DNA from: Alphaproteobacteria bacterium
Lineage (GTDB): Bacteria; Pseudomonadota; Alphaproteobacteria; Micropepsales; Micropepsaceae
Length of the DNA: 64,000 bases
Assembly: GCA_019245415.1 (NCBI GenBank)
Contig: JAFARO010000016.1
Coordinates: forward strand, 31,389-95,388
Direction: 5' to 3'
Shown here: positions 36,257 to 45,544 of the stretch, piece by piece
How the letters are laid out: every line of letters starts with the position of its first letter
Position numbering within the stretch: the first letter of the stretch is position 1
Notes under the pieces: model-generated
What the model was told of the DNA's origin: nothing
Databases searched by the model: none
The model's input: only the letters and a program-made list of their open reading frames with translations
Made by a program: the position numbers and the translations under genes

Positions 36257-38683
36257 CTACTCAGTCCGCATCGCGTCGGCGATCAGCGATTCCTCCTGCT
36301 CGCGCAGGATGTCCTCATGAGCCTCACCCGCCACCATCTCCTTGGCGATCTCCAGCAGCGCCGGCACCGCGAGCGGCGAGACGCGGTCGAGCCGCTTGGT
36401 CACGATGCGGTGCTTGACGCGCGCCAGCATCTCTCCCAGCCGGGCCACGTCCAGCAGGCCCGAAGCGGCGTCCTCGCGCGTCGCGCGCAGCAGGATGTGA
36501 TCGGGCTCGTGCGCCCGCAGCACGTCGTAGATCAGGTCCGAGGAAAACGTCACCTGCCTTCCGGTCTTCTCCTTGCCCGGGAAGCGCCGCTCGATCAGGC
36601 CGGCGATGATCGCGCAATTGCGGAAGGTGCGCTTGTAGAGATTGGATTCCGCGAGCCACGCTTCGAGATCGTCGCCCAGCATGTCCTCGTCGAACAGCCG
36701 GTCCATGTCGACGCCGCCCATGTCGCGCAATCCCCAGACGGCGAGCGCATATTCATTGGCGGAGAAACCCAGCGGCCGCATGCGCAGCCGTTCCAGCCTG
36801 CGCGTCAGGAGCATGCCGAGCGTCTGATGCGCGAGGCGGCCTTCGAAGGGATAGCAGACGAGATAGTGCTTGGAGCTGCGCGGAAAAGTCTCGACCAGCA
36901 GCTGGCCCGGCTTCGGGATGATCGAGCGCCATTCCTGGATGCGCAGCCATTCGTTCACCGGCGCCGGCAGCACCTGCCAGCTCTCGGGCCGCGACACCAT
37001 CTCGCGCACGCGCTGGGCCAGGAACGTAGACAGCGGAAACTTGCCGCCGTTGTAGGAGGGCACATGCGCTTCCGCGTCCTGGGTGCGCGTAACATACGCC
37101 GCATCCTCGCGCATGCCTTCGAAGCGCAGCACGGTGCCGGCGAAAACGAAAGTATCGCCGGGCAGGAGCTGCTCGATGAAGTACTCTTCGAGCTGGCCGA
37201 GCACCCGTCCGCCGGCGCCGGTCGGACGACCTTTGGCCTGTAAGCGGATGTCGACCATCGGATCCTCGACGATGACGCCGACATTCATGCGGTATTGCTG
37301 GGCGATGCGCGGATGGGCGATGCGCCATTTGCCCTCCGCCGTGCGGCGCAGGCGCGCATAACGGTCGTAGCGCTTGAGCGCATAGCCGCCGGTGGCGACG
37401 AAATCGAGCACCTTGTCGAAATCCTCGCGGCTCAAATGGCGATAGGGCGAGGCCGAACGGACCTCCTCATAGAGTTGCCCGGCATCGAACGGCTCGGCGC
37501 AGGCGCTGCCCCAGACGTGCTGCGCCAGCACGTCGAGGCCGCCCTGCTTGAGCCGCTCGCCGTCGAGTTCGCCCGCCATCACAGCGTCGCGCGCCGCTTC
37601 GCATTCCAGGACCTCGAAACGGTTCGCGGGGACGAGCAGCGCCTGGCTCGGCTCGTCCAGGCGGTGATTGGCGCGGCCGATGCGCTGAACCAGGCGTGCG
37701 GCACCTTTGGGCGCACCGATGCAGATCACATTATCGACCGCACCCCAGTCGATGCCGAGGTCCAAGGTCGAGGTGCACACCACGGCGCGCAACTGTCCGC
37801 GGGTCATCGCGCTTTCGACCTTGCGGCGCTGCGCCGGCGCAAGCGAGCCGTGATGCAGCGCGATGGCGAGATTGTCGTCGTTGAGCCGCCACAGGTCCTG
37901 GAAGGTGCGCTCGGCCTGCGCGCGCGTATTGACGAAGACGAGCGAGGTCTTCGCCTGACGGATCGCATTCAGCACATCCGCCATGGCATGGCGCGCCAGA
38001 TGCCCCGACCAAGGCACATGGGCATCGGAGGCCAGGATCGCGATGCTGGGCCGGGCGCCTTCTCCGCCGCGCACCAGCGCTGTGTCCGCGCCCAGGAAAT
38101 CGAGCAGCGGCTTGGGATCGGCAACGGTCGCCGACAAGCCGACGCGGCGATGTTGCGGAGCGAGCGTGCGCAGCCGCGCCAATCCCAGCGCCAGGAGGTC
38201 GCCGCGCTTGGAGTTGTGCATCGCATGGAGCTCGTCGAGCACGACGGCCTGGAGATGCCTGAACAGGCGCGGCGCGTCGCGCGAGGCGATCAACAGCGCC
38301 AATTGCTCCGGCGTGGTGAGCAGGATGTCGGGCGGGAGCGTCTTCTGCCGCTGACGGCGCGAGGCCGACGTATCCCCAGTGCGCGTCTCGATGCGGACCG
38401 CCAATCCCATTTCCGCGACCGGCGCTTCAAGGTTGCGCGCGACGTCGACGGCCAGTGCCTTGAGCGGCGAGATATAAAGCGTGTGCAGTTCGCGCGGCCG
38501 GCGCGCCGGCAATTGCGCCAACGCGATCAAGCTCGGCAGAAACCCGGCAAGCGTCTTGCCGCCGCCGGTGGGCGCGATCAGCAGCGCCGACTCGCCTTTT
38601 GCCGCGCGCGCCGCGAGCGCCAATTGATGCGGTCTCGGACTCCAGCCGCGCGAGGCGAACCAGTCGCGGAACTGCGCAGGCAA
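36257..38683 (-). CDS. Ligase-associated DNA-damage-response DEXH helicase (Lhr-core type); start uncertain (38683, 38824 or 38842)
   Basis: FRDWF..RGW, APTGGGKT, YISPLKAL, RTGDT, DELH, LSATV, HHGS, STLDLGID, QRIGR. Confidence 0.92.
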   Translation of the reverse strand: MPAQFRDWFASRGWSPRPHQLALAARAAKGESALLIAPTGGGKTLAGFLPSLIALAQLPARRPRELHTLYISPLKALAVDVARNLEAPVAEMGLAVRIETRTGDTSASRRQRQKTLPPDILLTTPEQLALLIASRDAPRLFRHLQAVVLDELHAMHNSKRGDLLALGLARLRTLAPQHRRVGLSATVADPKPLLDFLGADTALVRGGEGARPSIAILASDAHVPWSGHLARHAMADVLNAIRQAKTSLVFVNTRAQAERTFQDLWRLNDDNLAIALHHGSLAPAQRRKVESAMTRGQLRAVVCTSTLDLGIDWGAVDNVICIGAPKGAARLVQRIGRANHRLDEPSQALLVPANRFEVLECEAARDAVMAGELDGERLKQGGLDVLAQHVWGSACAEPFDAGQLYEEVRSASPYRHLSREDFDKVLDFVATGGYALKRYDRYARLRRTAEGKWRIAHPRIAQQYRMNVGVIVEDPMVDIRLQAKGRPTGAGGRVLGQLEEYFIEQLLPGDTFVFAGTVLRFEGMREDAAYVTRTQDAEAHVPSYNGGKFPLSTFLAQRVREMVSRPESWQVLPAPVNEWLRIQEWRSIIPKPGQLLVETFPRSSKHYLVCYPFEGRLAHQTLGMLLTRRLERLRMRPLGFSANEYALAVWGLRDMGGVDMDRLFDEDMLGDDLEAWLAESNLYKRTFRNCAIIAGLIERRFPGKEKTGRQVTFSSDLIYDVLRAHEPDHILLRATREDAASGLLDVARLGEMLARVKHRIVTKRLDRVSPLAVPALLEIAKEMVAGEAHEDILREQEESLIADAMRTE

Positions 38684-38689
38684 TAAAGA

Positions 38690-38806
38690 CTCTCCCTCGC
38701 CCCCGCGCAGCGGGGGAGAGGGTCGGGGTGAGGGGGCGGTCAGGTCCGAGCGCGCTGTCGGCGCCCCCTCACCCTGGCCCTCTCCCCCAAAGTTGGGGGA
38801 GAGGGA
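38690..38806. repeat. CCCTCTCCC...GGGAGAGGG palindromic element
   Basis: Double hairpin CCCTCGCCCCCGC/GCGGGGGAGAGGG and CCCTCTCCCCCAA/TTGGGGGAGAGGG. Confidence 0.85.
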
Positions 38807-38885
38807 ATGCTTTGTCCTCCGCATCCAGTTTCCCGGAACCAAATCTCCTCCTACTCTGCCTCATCGCCATCGAGAGGAACAGATC

Positions 38886-39782
38886 ATGTACGACCTGATG
38901 TTCAAGGACCGGCTCCTGCAAGGCAAGCGCATCCTGGTCACCGGCGGCGGCACCGGGTTGGGCGAAGTCATGGCGGAGGCCTACGCGCAGCTCGGCGCCA
39001 CCGTCTATATCTGCGGAAGGCGGGCGGGCGTGGCGGAAGAGACCGCCAAGCGTATTGGCGATGCGACTGGCTCGAAGGTGGTTGGCCTGGGCTGCGACAT
39101 CCGCGTGGCCGAAGCAGTCGACGACATGATCGCGCGCATCTGGAACGATGGCGGCGCGCTCACCGGGCTCGTCAACAACGCGGCCGGCAACTTCATCAGC
39201 CGCACCAAGGACCTGACGCCGAAGGGCTTCAACGCGATCAGCGATATCGTCTTCCGCGGAAGCTTCTATGTGACGCTCGCCTGCGGCAAGCGCTGGATCG
39301 AAGAGCAGCGCAAAGCCAGCGTGATCTCCATCCTCACCACCTGGATCTGGAACGGCGGGCCGTTCACCGTGCCGTCGGCGATGTCGAAGGCGGGGTTGAA
39401 CATCATGACCAAGTCGCTGGCGACCGAATGGGGCCCCAACGGCATCCGCCTGAACGCGATCGCGCCGGGACCGTTCCCGACCAAGGGCGCGTGGGAGCGT
39501 CTCAGTCCCCAGGCCGCCAGCGGCAATCGCGGCGACTCTGCCGAGCGCATCCCGATGGGGCGCAACGGCGAGATGGTGGAATTGGCGAACCTCGCCGTGT
39601 TCCTGATGGCCGATGGCTGCGAATACCTGACCGGCCAGACGATCGCCATTGACGGCGCCGGTCATTTGGGAGGAACCGGCAACTTTTCCGCTCTCTCTCG
39701 ACTCGACGATGCGCAATGGGAGGCGATCGGGGCGCAGATTCGCGCCGCCAATCAAAAGGACAAGACGCAGCGCACGGCATGA
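38886..39782 (+). CDS. SDR oxidoreductase, 2,4-dienoyl-CoA reductase-like
   Basis: TGGGTGLG, NNAAGNF, PSAMSKAG, IAPGPFPT. Confidence 0.88.
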   Translation: MYDLMFKDRLLQGKRILVTGGGTGLGEVMAEAYAQLGATVYICGRRAGVAEETAKRIGDATGSKVVGLGCDIRVAEAVDDMIARIWNDGGALTGLVNNAAGNFISRTKDLTPKGFNAISDIVFRGSFYVTLACGKRWIEEQRKASVISILTTWIWNGGPFTVPSAMSKAGLNIMTKSLATEWGPNGIRLNAIAPGPFPTKGAWERLSPQAASGNRGDSAERIPMGRNGEMVELANLAVFLMADGCEYLTGQTIAIDGAGHLGGTGNFSALSRLDDAQWEAIGAQIRAANQKDKTQRTA

Positions 39783-39809
39783 ACCGCTCTTAACCGCACT
39801 TATTATTTG

Positions 39810-40090
39810 ACTTGGGACGCGACCGGGCGGATCATCGCTTCAGCGTCGGCCGGCTGCGTGTGCGGCCTTCGCCCGATGCAACGGCACAAAGGGAGGTTCC
39901 GCATGGAAGACACTCCGCCGGGCATAGAACCCGGGCTTCGCTCGCGGAGCCAACGGAGAACGATGTTCTCCGCCGCCGACAATTGAATCCGAATGCAAGC
40001 GGACGAAGGTCCGCGCAAACCCTTAGTGGGCAGGAAAGCTCTCGCTTTCCAAACGGCCCCGCCGCGGACGACGCGGCGGGGTTCGTGTTT
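39810..40090 (+). ncRNA. Candidate structured ncRNA or non-autonomous mobile-element remnant
   Basis: Several perfect stems (39955-39971, 39999-40014, 40033-40050), SD GGGAGG + ATG 27-aa mini-ORF 39903-39986, terminal 10-bp stem. Confidence 0.5.
40057..40090 (+). terminator. Intrinsic terminator-like hairpin
   Basis: CCCCGCCGCG-GACGA-CGCGGCGGGG followed by TTCGTGTTTG. Confidence 0.65.
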
Positions 40091-40100
40091 GTGCGCGGAA

Positions 40101-40277
40101 TGTCATCCCCGGCCGAGCGAAACGAAGTGGAGCGAGGGGAAGGGGACCCAGGTTGAGACGTTTCCTCAGTCTCAAAAAGCAAATTTGGTTCAAAGCAATC
40201 TATTCAAGTACTCACGAGCGTTACGACCTGGGTCCCCTTCCCTCGGCGCGCCGTCGCGCGCCTCGCCGGGGATGACA
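40101..40277. repeat. MITE-like element with long imperfect terminal inverted repeats
   Basis: TGTCATCCCCGGC...GAGGGGAAGGGGACCCAGGT / ACCTGGGTCCCCTTCCCTC...GCCGGGGATGACA around an AT-rich core. Confidence 0.8.
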
Positions 40278-40287
40278 GCGGAGCAAG

Positions 40288-42207
40288 TTACTCCACCACG
40301 AAATCCTTCGGATCGGGCTTGATCGTGGCGTTCCAGTAATCGACCAGCTTGAACGGCCAGTTCTGGCTGACGCGGCCGAGCGTATTCTTGTACCAGCTCT
40401 TGGCATTGGGTACGCCCCAGGCCATTTTCGCGTTCTCGGCGTCGACGCGCGCATTGAACGCGTCGTGCACGTCGGCCTTGACCTCCATCGTCCGCGCCCC
40501 GCTCTCGGCGAGCAGCTTCAGGCAGTTGACGATGTAGCGCACGCTCGCTTCGGTGAAGAAGATGATGGAGCCGTTGACGACGATGTTGGTGTTGGGGCCG
40601 TAGATCACGAAGAAATTGGGGAAGCCGGGCACCGTCATGCCGAGATAGGCGCGCGCATCGCCCTTCCAGCGCTCATGCAGCTCGACCCCGTCCCGGCCGA
40701 CGATTTTGTAGGTGCGCAGGAAATCGCTCGCGTGAAATCCGGTGCCATAGACGATCACGTCCACTTCGTGCTCGCCGCCGTCCTTGGTGCGGATGCCTTT
40801 GGGCGTGATCTCGTCGATGCCCGTGGTGATGAGATCGACGTTCGGCCGCGCCAGCGCCGCGAGATAGACGCCGTTGTCGCGCACCGAGCGCTTGGAGCCG
40901 AAGGGATAGTCGGGCACCACCTTGTCGACGAGATCGGGGCGGCCGGGAAGCTGCTCCTTGATCTTCTCGATCAGCATGCCGCGCAGCATCTCGTTCATCG
41001 GCGAGACGGCGCGCGAGGTGTCGTTCCAGCTTGGGTCGACCGCCACCGCGTCGAGGATGCCGTCGGTCAAGGTCCAGAACAGCCAGAAGCGATACCACTT
41101 GCCGTACGTCGGCACATGCTCGAGCAGCCACTTTTTTCCTTCGGCGACCTTGTCGTGATAATTGGGCGTGGGCCCGAGCCACGGCGCGGAGCGCTGGAAG
41201 ACGAGAAGCTTGCCGACCTGCGGCGCGATCTCGGGGATGACCTGGAAGGCGGTGGCGCCGGTACCGATCACGGCGACACGCTTGCCCTTCAGATCGACAT
41301 CGTGACGCCATCGCGCGGTATGGAAGGCCGGACCTTTGAAGCTGCCGATGCCCTTGATGTCGGGCATCTTGGGCTGGTTGAGCTGACCGACCGCACTGAT
41401 GACGGCGCTCGCTTCGAGTGTTTCTTCCCTGCCGTTCTTGTCGCGGATGAGCACCTTCCAGTGGGACGTTTTCCCGTCGAATGCCGCCTCCACCACCTGG
41501 CTTTCGAAGCGGATGTGCTGGCGCAGATCGTACTTCTCGGCGATGCGGCGGAAATAGTCGTGGAGCACGTCCTGCGTCGAGAAGTGATACGGAAAGGCGT
41601 GATTGGGCTCGAAGGAATACGAATACATGTGGTTGGGATTGTCGACGCGGCAGCCAGGATAGGCGTTCTCGTACCAGGTGCCGCCGACGTCGGGATTCTT
41701 CTCGATGATGGTGAAGGGCACGCCCGCCTGACTGAGGCGGATGGCGGTGAGCAGGCCGGAGAGTCCGGCGCCGACGATCACTACGTTCATCTTCGCCGCG
41801 GCCTGTTTCAGCTTCGGCGCATCCCATTTGACTTCGCGGCTGTCCTCGACCGCGATGCCGAGTTCCTCCTTGAGAAACGGCACGTAGCGCTCGGGAATGT
41901 CGGCGCCGGCGATGAAGTCCATCATTTTGCGGATGGTCGCGGCGTCAGGCGGCGGCGGCAAAGGTTTGCCATCGAGATAGTTCAGGATCGCCGCCTTGGC
42001 CTTATCGCGCACCCATTGCCGCTTCTCTTCGGAAAATCCGCCCTGGCCGTCGCCGAAGAAATCATAGACCGGCTTCATCTCGGGCGTGAGATGGCTCGCG
42101 TCGCCGGTCAGATGCACCAGCGCCATCATCAGGCTGGGGATGTGGGCATCCTTCAGCGCCCACTCGACTTCGGCGGAACGGTCCTGCGGCTTGGCGGCGG
42201 CACTCAT
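40288..42207 (-). CDS. Type I Baeyer-Villiger monooxygenase with N-terminal extension (HAPMO-like)
   Basis: GAGLSG, GGTWYENAYPGCRVD, FKGPAFHTARW fingerprint, GTGATA; N-terminal AHIPSLMMALVHLTGD. Confidence 0.9.
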   Translation of the reverse strand: MSAAAKPQDRSAEVEWALKDAHIPSLMMALVHLTGDASHLTPEMKPVYDFFGDGQGGFSEEKRQWVRDKAKAAILNYLDGKPLPPPPDAATIRKMMDFIAGADIPERYVPFLKEELGIAVEDSREVKWDAPKLKQAAAKMNVVIVGAGLSGLLTAIRLSQAGVPFTIIEKNPDVGGTWYENAYPGCRVDNPNHMYSYSFEPNHAFPYHFSTQDVLHDYFRRIAEKYDLRQHIRFESQVVEAAFDGKTSHWKVLIRDKNGREETLEASAVISAVGQLNQPKMPDIKGIGSFKGPAFHTARWRHDVDLKGKRVAVIGTGATAFQVIPEIAPQVGKLLVFQRSAPWLGPTPNYHDKVAEGKKWLLEHVPTYGKWYRFWLFWTLTDGILDAVAVDPSWNDTSRAVSPMNEMLRGMLIEKIKEQLPGRPDLVDKVVPDYPFGSKRSVRDNGVYLAALARPNVDLITTGIDEITPKGIRTKDGGEHEVDVIVYGTGFHASDFLRTYKIVGRDGVELHERWKGDARAYLGMTVPGFPNFFVIYGPNTNIVVNGSIIFFTEASVRYIVNCLKLLAESGARTMEVKADVHDAFNARVDAENAKMAWGVPNAKSWYKNTLGRVSQNWPFKLVDYWNATIKPDPKDFVVE

Positions 42208-42271
42208 GCGGGTTCGTCCTGAACAGCGGCGGAGACATCCTAGAGAGTGGCCGACAGATATTGAAATGAGA

Positions 42272-42298
42272 ATCCTCCCCCGCTTTGCGGGGGAGGAT
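42272..42298. repeat. Single hairpin (CCTCCCC family), possible terminator
   Basis: ATCCTCCCCCGC-TTT-GCGGGGGAGGAT. Confidence 0.6.
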
Positions 42299-42303
42299 AT
42301 GAA

Positions 42304-43407
42304 TCATCGCGGTTTCCAGGCGAGCGGCGCGAAGCTGACGTAAGGAGGCAGCGCGAAATCGGGCCGCGCCGGCTCGTTGCGGAACCCGGCTGCCGGGCCG
42401 ATGTGGCGGTTGCCGGTGGCGTCCTTCAGCACCATGCCGCGTGCGGCCGTATGCGGATCGTCGAAGGCATCCTTCAACGTCTGGACCGGGGCCCAGCACA
42501 GATCGAGCGGCGCGAGGAATTCTTCCCATTCGGCGCGAGTCTTGCCGCGGAACGCCGCGGTGAAGAATTCGATCAGCGGCTGCTGGGCGGGGCCGGGCTC
42601 GGAAGCGGCCAAATCGACCAGGTCCGGCCGGCCCAGCGTGGCGAGCAGGCTTTGGCAGAACTTTCGCTCGTTGCCGGCCAGCGCGATCAGGCCGCCGTCC
42701 TTCGTCGCATAGAGGCGGTTCATCGCCTGACCGCCATAGTTGCGCATGTAAGCCGGCACCGGCGCTTCGTCCCTGCCCAGCACGCCGCCCGAGATATTCG
42801 GCGTCCAAGCCAGCAGCGCGTCGAACATCGCGACATCGATATAATCGCCCTTGCCGGTGCGGACACGGGCCAGCAGCGCCAGCAGGATGGCGCTGAGCGC
42901 CGTGAGCGATGCCGCCATGTCGGCGGCGACGAGATTGGGCATCGCCGGTTTCACCAGATCGACGGTTCCCGCCAGGGCCTGCACGGCAAGATCGTGCGCG
43001 GGCTTGTCGCGCAGGGGACCGTCCTGCCCGAACGCCGAGATCGCGCAATAGACGATGCCGGGATTGCGCGCGGCGACGGTGTCGTAGTCGATGCCCAGCC
43101 GCTTGACCACGCCGGGGCGGAACGCCTCGACGATCACGTCGGCCTCGTCGGCGAGCGCCAGGAAGAATTCGCGCTGCGCGGGGTTTTTCAGATCGAGCGC
43201 GGTGGCGCGCTTGCCGCGCGCGATGTTGCGGAACCACACGCTGGTGCCGTCCCGGGCCTTCACGCCCATGGCGCGCGTGGGCTCGCCGGTGCCGTTGGCA
43301 GGCTCGACCATGATCACGTCGGCACCGTGATCGGCCATGGTCATGGTCAGATGGGGACCTGGCAGGAACTGGGACAAATCCAGGACGCGGATGCCGGAAA
43401 GCTTCAT
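42304..43407 (-). CDS. CaiB/BaiF family III CoA-transferase
   Basis: LSGIRVLDLSQFLPGP, ARGKRATALDLK, EAFRPG, SAFGQDGP, HDL. Confidence 0.9.
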   Translation of the reverse strand: MKLSGIRVLDLSQFLPGPHLTMTMADHGADVIMVEPANGTGEPTRAMGVKARDGTSVWFRNIARGKRATALDLKNPAQREFFLALADEADVIVEAFRPGVVKRLGIDYDTVAARNPGIVYCAISAFGQDGPLRDKPAHDLAVQALAGTVDLVKPAMPNLVAADMAASLTALSAILLALLARVRTGKGDYIDVAMFDALLAWTPNISGGVLGRDEAPVPAYMRNYGGQAMNRLYATKDGGLIALAGNERKFCQSLLATLGRPDLVDLAASEPGPAQQPLIEFFTAAFRGKTRAEWEEFLAPLDLCWAPVQTLKDAFDDPHTAARGMVLKDATGNRHIGPAAGFRNEPARPDFALPPYVSFAPLAWKPR

Positions 43408-43444
43408 TTGCGGGCCCATGCGGAATCGTGCGAGCGAAGCTGCC

Positions 43445-44134
43445 ATGAAAAGCGCCGATTGGGACAGGCTGGCGAGGGATTTCGAGGCCGAGACCTGCGA
43501 CATCACGCGCGAAGAGAGCGCCGATACGGTGGCGCGCTTCGTCGCCGCGGTGCCGTTGCCCGCGAAGCCGGTGCTCGTCGATCTGGGCTGCGGCATCGGC
43601 AGCTTCATCGCCCGCTTCGGCATGCGCTTCCACGCGATCTACGGCGTCGAGTTCGCGCCGCGCATCATCGCCCGCGCGCGCGCCCGCTGCGGCGACGAGG
43701 TGAACTGGCTGGCGAGCGATATTCCGTGGGCGGCGAAGACCATCGGCCGCGTGGCGCACCTCACCGTGTGCATGAACGTCATCACCCAGGCCACGGCGGC
43801 GGCGCGCGGCCGGCTGTGGCGCAGCCTGGCGGACGTGACCAAGATGCGCGGCCATGCCCTTGTCGTCGTGCCTTCGCTCGAGTCCGAGGAAATGGTGGTC
43901 GCGCTTTCGAGACAGGAGCCGGAATGGCGCAAGGGCGGTCTCGTGCGCCGCGATGGCGTGTGGCAGAAGCATTTCCGGCGCGAGGAGCTGGCCGATGTTC
44001 TCGCAAGCCACGGCTTCCGCGTGACGCGGATCGCGAAGGCTCATTATCCCTGGAGCATCGAGGGCCTGCGCGAAACAAAAGGCCGGCGGGCAAACCGTCC
44101 CTGGGATTGGATTGCGTTGGCGCGGAAGACGTAA
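43445..44134 (+). CDS. Class I SAM-dependent methyltransferase
   Basis: LVDLGCGIG motif I, GVEFA motif II. Confidence 0.8.
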   Translation: MKSADWDRLARDFEAETCDITREESADTVARFVAAVPLPAKPVLVDLGCGIGSFIARFGMRFHAIYGVEFAPRIIARARARCGDEVNWLASDIPWAAKTIGRVAHLTVCMNVITQATAAARGRLWRSLADVTKMRGHALVVVPSLESEEMVVALSRQEPEWRKGGLVRRDGVWQKHFRREELADVLASHGFRVTRIAKAHYPWSIEGLRETKGRRANRPWDWIALARKT

Positions 44135-44138
44135 AATC

Positions 44139-44275
44139 AACCTCCCCCTTGAGGGGAGGTCGAAAAAGCGGCGAACGCAGCGAGCCGGTTTTTCGGGTGG
44201 GGGTCATCGCCCCGCACCGCTCCCCCACCCGAAAAATCCTTCGGATTTTTCGACCCCCCCTCAAGGGGGGAGGTT
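44139..44275. repeat. CCTCCCC...GGGGAGG palindromic element
   Basis: AACCTCCCCCTTGAGGGGAGGTCGAAAAA / TTTTTCGACCCCCCCTCAAGGGGGGAGGTT. Confidence 0.85.
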
Positions 44276-44278
44276 GAA

Positions 44279-45493
44279 CTAACTGAATGCCTGCAATCCC
44301 GTCTGCGCGCGGCCGAGGATCAGGGCGTGGACGTCGTGCGTGCCCTCATAGGTGTTCACCGCCTCGAGATTGAGCATATGGCGGATGACGCCGTATTCGT
44401 CGCTGACGCCGTTGCCGCCGTGCATGTCGCGGGCCTCGCGGGCGATGGCGAGCGCCTTGCCGCAATTGTTGCGCTTCATCAGCGAGATTGCGGCCGGCGC
44501 GGCCTTGCCCTCGTCCATCAGCCGGCCAAGACGCAGCGCACCTTGCAGGCCGAGCGCAATCTCGGTCTGCATGTCGGCGAGCTTCTTCTGGATCAGCTGG
44601 TTGGCGGCGAGCGGGCGGCCGAACTGCTTGCGCTCCATCGTGTAGGTCCGCGCCGCATGCCAGCAGAACTCCGCCGCCCCCATCGCGCCCCAGGCGATGC
44701 CGTAGCGCGCGCGGTTGAGGCAGCCGAATGGACCCGACAGGCCGCGCACGTTCGGCAGCAGATTGGCCTCCGGCACCAGGCAATCGTCGAGCACGATCTC
44801 GCCGGTGACGGAGGCACGCAGGGAGAACTTGCCCTCGATCTTGGGCGTGGAGAATCCTTTCGTGCCGCGCTCGACGATGAAGCCGCGGATATCGCCGTCG
44901 AGCTTGGCCCAAGCCACCGCGATATCGGCAATCGGCGAATTGGTGATCCACATCTTGGCGCCGGTGAGGCGGTAGCCGCCTGCCTCCTTCACGGCGCGCG
45001 TCGCCATCGAACCCGGATCGGAGCCGTGGTCCGGCTCGGTCAGCCCGAAACAGCCGACGAATTCGCCGCTCGCCAATTTGGGCAGATAGCGTCGGCGCTG
45101 CTCCTCGCTTCCATAGGCGTGGATCGGGTGCATCACCAGCGAGCTTTGCACGCTCATCGCCGAGCGGTAGCCCGAGTCGACCCGCTCCACCTCGCGCGCC
45201 ACCAGCCCGTAGCAGACATAGCTCAAACCGGCACCGCCATAGGTCTCGGGAATGGTGGGGCCGAGAAAGCCCATCTCGCCCATCTCGGTCATGATGGCGC
45301 GGTCGAAGGTCTCGTTGCGGAACCCGTCGCGCACGCGCGGCAACAACTTGTCCCGGCAATAGGCGCGCGCGCTGTCGGCAACCAGCCGCTCCTCGTCGGA
45401 GAGCTCCTCCGCCAGAGCCAACGGGTCGGACCAGTCGAAGGAATTGGTCTCGAGATCCTTGCGCTTTTGGGGCTTGTCGGCAGTGAGGGTCAT
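44279..45493 (-). CDS. gcdH: Glutaryl-CoA dehydrogenase
   Basis: [55 protein letters not shown]. Confidence 0.94.
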   Translation of the reverse strand: MTLTADKPQKRKDLETNSFDWSDPLALAEELSDEERLVADSARAYCRDKLLPRVRDGFRNETFDRAIMTEMGEMGFLGPTIPETYGGAGLSYVCYGLVAREVERVDSGYRSAMSVQSSLVMHPIHAYGSEEQRRRYLPKLASGEFVGCFGLTEPDHGSDPGSMATRAVKEAGGYRLTGAKMWITNSPIADIAVAWAKLDGDIRGFIVERGTKGFSTPKIEGKFSLRASVTGEIVLDDCLVPEANLLPNVRGLSGPFGCLNRARYGIAWGAMGAAEFCWHAARTYTMERKQFGRPLAANQLIQKKLADMQTEIALGLQGALRLGRLMDEGKAAPAAISLMKRNNCGKALAIAREARDMHGGNGVSDEYGVIRHMLNLEAVNTYEGTHDVHALILGRAQTGLQAFS

Positions 45494-45544
45494 GGCGGCT
45501 CCGGGCCGGACGGCGCCCGCATCATAGCCGCCATGACCTTCAGC

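Noticed and set aside
39810-40090. tmRNA, RNase P, 6S or SRP RNA, or group II intron identity for the structured element
   Set aside because: No GGGGCCG...GATCGAC start with T-arm/CCA or ANDN tag frame, no GAGGAAAGTCC, no TCAGGTCCGGAAGGAAGCAGC and no domain V motif on either strand.
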